Shown here piece after piece: positions 61,606 through 64,000 of a stretch of DNA of 64,000 nt. The notes under the pieces were generated by a model. That model saw nothing but the letters and a program-made list of their open reading frames with translations, searched no databases and was not told where the DNA came from. A program made the position numbers and the translations under genes. Within the stretch, counting starts at the first letter, position 1, and every line of letters begins with the position of its first letter. The DNA is from Nitrososphaera sp. GTDB taxonomy: Archaea; Thermoproteota; Nitrososphaeria; Nitrososphaerales; Nitrososphaeraceae. The DNA is taken from assembly GCF_037447015.1 (NCBI RefSeq), contig NZ_JBBIHK010000005.1, positions 15,437-79,436 on the forward strand, written 5' to 3'.

Positions 61606-64000
61606 TTGGTCCACATCAAAAAGCTCGAGGTGTACGGGTTCAAGTCGTTTGGCTTTCGCAACACGGTCATCCACTTTGAGAAGGGGCTCGTGGCGATAAC
61701 GGGCCCAAACGGCTCGGGCAAGAGCAACATACTGGACGCCATCCAGTTTGCGATAGGCGAGAACAGCCCCAAGGCCATGAGGGTAGACAAGTTCCAGTCG
61801 CTCTTCCACGACGCGCAGAACCCAAGCCACAGGCTCGTGCGGGTGAGCGTCAGCTTTGACAATTCGGACAGGGGCATACCGATGGACGAGGACACGGTCA
61901 CCCTCACAAGAGAGATGGAGGGGCTGACCGGCGACTCTCAATATTTATTGAACGGCCGCAAGGTGTCCAAGACGGCCATAATGGAGCTCTTGGAGGTAGT
62001 GCTGTCGGCCCCAAACAAGCTCAACATAGTCCAGCAGGGCATGATAACCCGGATATCCGAGCTCAACTCGGAGGAGAGGCGCAAGATCATCGAAGACATT
62101 GTGGGCCTCTCGTATTTCGACGAGAAAAAGACCGAGGCCATGAAGCAGCTCGACGAGGCAGACAGGAGGCTTGAAGTGGCGTTTGCCCGCATGGGCGAGA
62201 TCCGCAAGCGCATAGACGAGCTGGAGGCCGAGCGCAACGACCAGCTGCGCTACGAGCAGATAGGCGCCGAGCTAAAGAGGTTCAAGGCAGTCAGGCTCTC
62301 AAACGAGATAAGGGCGGTGAGGAGTAAGCTGGCGACCAGCTCCCAGATTCTGGAGGCAAACAACCAGAGGACAGCCGAGCTTGGCAGGCGCCTGGACGGG
62401 CTGCGGCAGGACATAGAGGCCCGCGAAACGGAAAAGGCCAAGTTCATGGAGGAGGTGGACGCGGCAAACAAGGCAAGGGCGCAGGTGTCGACCAGGATAA
62501 CTGCCGCCGTGCATGAATCAGAGCGGGCCAAGGCGATGCTTGGCGAGTCGCAGAGGAGGATAGCCGACATCGAGCGCCGCCTGCCGCAGATAGAGGGCGG
62601 CAAGCAGGCAGTTGCCCAGCGCGCGGAGGGCATGAAGGCAGATTCAGAGAGGCTAAGGGCGTCGCTTGCCCAGAAAAAGGAGGAGCTTGCCGGCCTGCGG
62701 GCCAGGCTTGAATCGATAAACGCAGAGGTAGAGCGGATAAACGGCGTAATCGCAAGGTACGCGGGCGCCCGCCAAAAGCTCGAAGGCAGGGCCCGGCGGC
62801 TTGGAAACCTGAAAAACGCGATAGAGCTTGCGGCGGCGCGGGCAGAGGAGAAGGCCAAGACGGTCGCATACAGGGCCGAGTCGGCAGACTCGCAGGCCCG
62901 CTCGCTCTCGCAAGAGCTCGAGGCGGCAAAGGCAAGGGCGGCAGGGCTGGTACTGTCGCTCGAATCAGACAGGGCGCGCCTGGCAGAGACTGAAACGCTT
63001 GGCGCAAACCTGCACGAGATAAAAACCGGACTGGAGAAAGAGCTTGCCGGCGCGGCCGCGCTCCTTGCCAGGGCAGACACGATGGCGACCAAGTTTGAAG
63101 AGAGGGCAAGCGTCGCAAGGCACGCCATGAACGAGGATTTTGCAATAGCCGAGCTTACAAAGGAAAAAGAGAGGTTTGGGATAAGGGGCATAGTCCACGA
63201 CCTGATAAGGTGGGATCCGCAGTACGAGAGGTCGGTGCTCGCAGCCGGCGCAGAGTGGATGAAGGCGTTCGTCGTCGACGATGTCAAGTCAATGATAGCT
63301 ATGGCCGCGTACGCAAAAGAGAAAAAGCTGCCGCGCCTCCGCATAATCCCCCTTGACATCGTGAACCGGTACAAGCAGGAGCAAAAGGGCGATGATGATG
63401 CGGCAAGCAAAAAAGACGTGAACGTGGTAGGGAGCCTCGCAGATTTCGTGTATTCTGATTTTGAAAAGTTGCCGCAGTTCCTGTTCTCCGACACGCTCGT
63501 GGTGAGGAACTCTAGCTCGGCGTACGGCCTTGCGCGGCAGGGCTACAGGGCCGTGTCTGTCGAGGGCGAGCTGTTCGAGCCGGCAGGGGGCTCGATGGCG
63601 CTTGACTTTGGGTCGCGCTTTTCCGACCTGACAAAGGCGATAATCCTTGGCGACTCGGTCGAAGAGCTGAGGGAGATGCTTGGCAGGCTGGCCGGCATGG
63701 TCCAGAAAAAGAACTCGCAGCTGAAAGAGGCTGCAGAGCGCCTGGCCGCTGCAGAGTCTGACAGGATGAAACTTCAACTTGCAATAGAGGACGGCCAGAG
63801 GAGGCTTGCCGCCGAGCAGGAGACTATAGCCGCAAAAGAGAGGGCGCTTGCAGGGCTTGGCGCGTCGACGCAAGGGCTTGCGGCAGAAAGAGAGTCGCTG
63901 TCAAAAGAGATAGCAGGCCACAGGCGCAGGCTGGACCTCATTGCCCCCACAATTGCAAAGATCGCAGGCAGGCTGCAGAGAATCGACGAATCTTCCGCAA
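61606..64000 (+). CDS. smc: SMC chromosome segregation ATPase (5' part; continues past window end)
   Basis: Not in the ORF track because it has no stop in the window. TTG 61606 gives MVHIKKLEVYGFKSFGFRNTVIHFEKGLVAITGPNGSGKSNILDAIQFAIGE (Walker A). This is followed by a long coiled coil and the hinge (GIRGIVHDLIRWDPQYERSVLAAGAEWMKAFVVDD). Confidence 0.9.
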   Translation, partial: MVHIKKLEVYGFKSFGFRNTVIHFEKGLVAITGPNGSGKSNILDAIQFAIGENSPKAMRVDKFQSLFHDAQNPSHRLVRVSVSFDNSDRGIPMDEDTVTLTREMEGLTGDSQYLLNGRKVSKTAIMELLEVVLSAPNKLNIVQQGMITRISELNSEERRKIIEDIVGLSYFDEKKTEAMKQLDEADRRLEVAFARMGEIRKRIDELEAERNDQLRYEQIGAELKRFKAVRLSNEIRAVRSKLATSSQILEANNQRTAELGRRLDGLRQDIEARETEKAKFMEEVDAANKARAQVSTRITAAVHESERAKAMLGESQRRIADIERRLPQIEGGKQAVAQRAEGMKADSERLRASLAQKKEELAGLRARLESINAEVERINGVIARYAGARQKLEGRARRLGNLKNAIELAAARAEEKAKTVAYRAESADSQARSLSQELEAAKARAAGLVLSLESDRARLAETETLGANLHEIKTGLEKELAGAAALLARADTMATKFEERASVARHAMNEDFAIAELTKEKERFGIRGIVHDLIRWDPQYERSVLAAGAEWMKAFVVDDVKSMIAMAAYAKEKKLPRLRIIPLDIVNRYKQEQKGDDDAASKKDVNVVGSLADFVYSDFEKLPQFLFSDTLVVRNSSSAYGLARQGYRAVSVEGELFEPAGGSMALDFGSRFSDLTKAIILGDSVEELREMLGRLAGMVQKKNSQLKEAAERLAAAESDRMKLQLAIEDGQRRLAAEQETIAAKERALAGLGASTQGLAAERESLSKEIAGHRRRLDLIAPTIAKIAGRLQRIDESSA

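Noticed and set aside
61557-63873. Several minus-strand ORFs (116, 117, 99, 414, 233 and 194 aa) that are the only track entries in this interval
   Set aside because: All are antisense or off-frame to the plus-strand smc gene. That gene is missing from the track only because it has no stop inside the window. The products are Ser/Ala/Arg-rich with no motifs.
1-64000. tRNA, rRNA and CRISPR arrays
   Set aside because: I scanned intergenic regions for T-loop-like GGTTCRAATCC strings, for long structured GC-rich RNA and for regularly spaced direct repeats, and found none. This is a by-eye search, so tRNAscan or Infernal should confirm it.

Overview
This is a 64-kb archaeal chromosomal window. The gene content includes heme O synthase CtaB, a polytopic double-cupredoxin protein, two Cdc48 AAA ATPases, mannosyl-3-phosphoglycerate synthase, class III PhaC, Alba, aEF-1beta, Pth2, geranylgeranyl reductase and an archaeosortase homologue. 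That set points to a Nitrososphaera-type thaumarchaeon, but this is inference only because nothing was searched. I support about 70 protein genes, 4 pseudogenes or gene remnants, and several repeats and promoter-proximal palindromes. I saw no rRNA, tRNA or CRISPR array by eye. The GC-rich core (about 1-16.4 kb and 31.1-64 kb) is interrupted by a visibly A+T-richer block (about 16.45-29.4 kb). That block starts with a tyrosine recombinase next to birA. It carries a stress and proteostasis set (CBS, sHsp, USP, sHsp, small TM proteins, Cdc48), decayed CBS genes and a PHA synthase. The main observations are as follows. (1) The integrase-led sHsp-USP-sHsp-Cdc48 block is a possible archaeal analogue of bacterial heat-resistance/protein-quality-control islands. 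(2) An ATGC-N3-GCAT palindrome sits at the same position in both divergent sHsp promoters. (3) A truncated CysRS paralogue with an altered zinc site, a GNAT and myo-inositol-1-phosphate synthase lie in a row, which resembles the MshC/MshD/Ino1 part of mycothiol biosynthesis. (4) A C-rich module of about 42 nt is repeated upstream of TATA boxes. (5) A vapBC cassette is lodged in a flavodoxin remnant. (6) There is a tandem paralogue pair with one decayed copy, and att-like repeats at the right edge of the low-GC block. Caveats: the ORF track omits ORFs that run off the window (AKR fragment 1..192 minus strand; smc 61606..64000 plus strand). The GC-rich core also generates long antisense ORFs, which I rejected. 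Several start codons were moved to sit about 26 nt downstream of TATA-like boxes (leaderless geometry), and those starts are inferences. No GC values were computed, so all composition statements are by eye.
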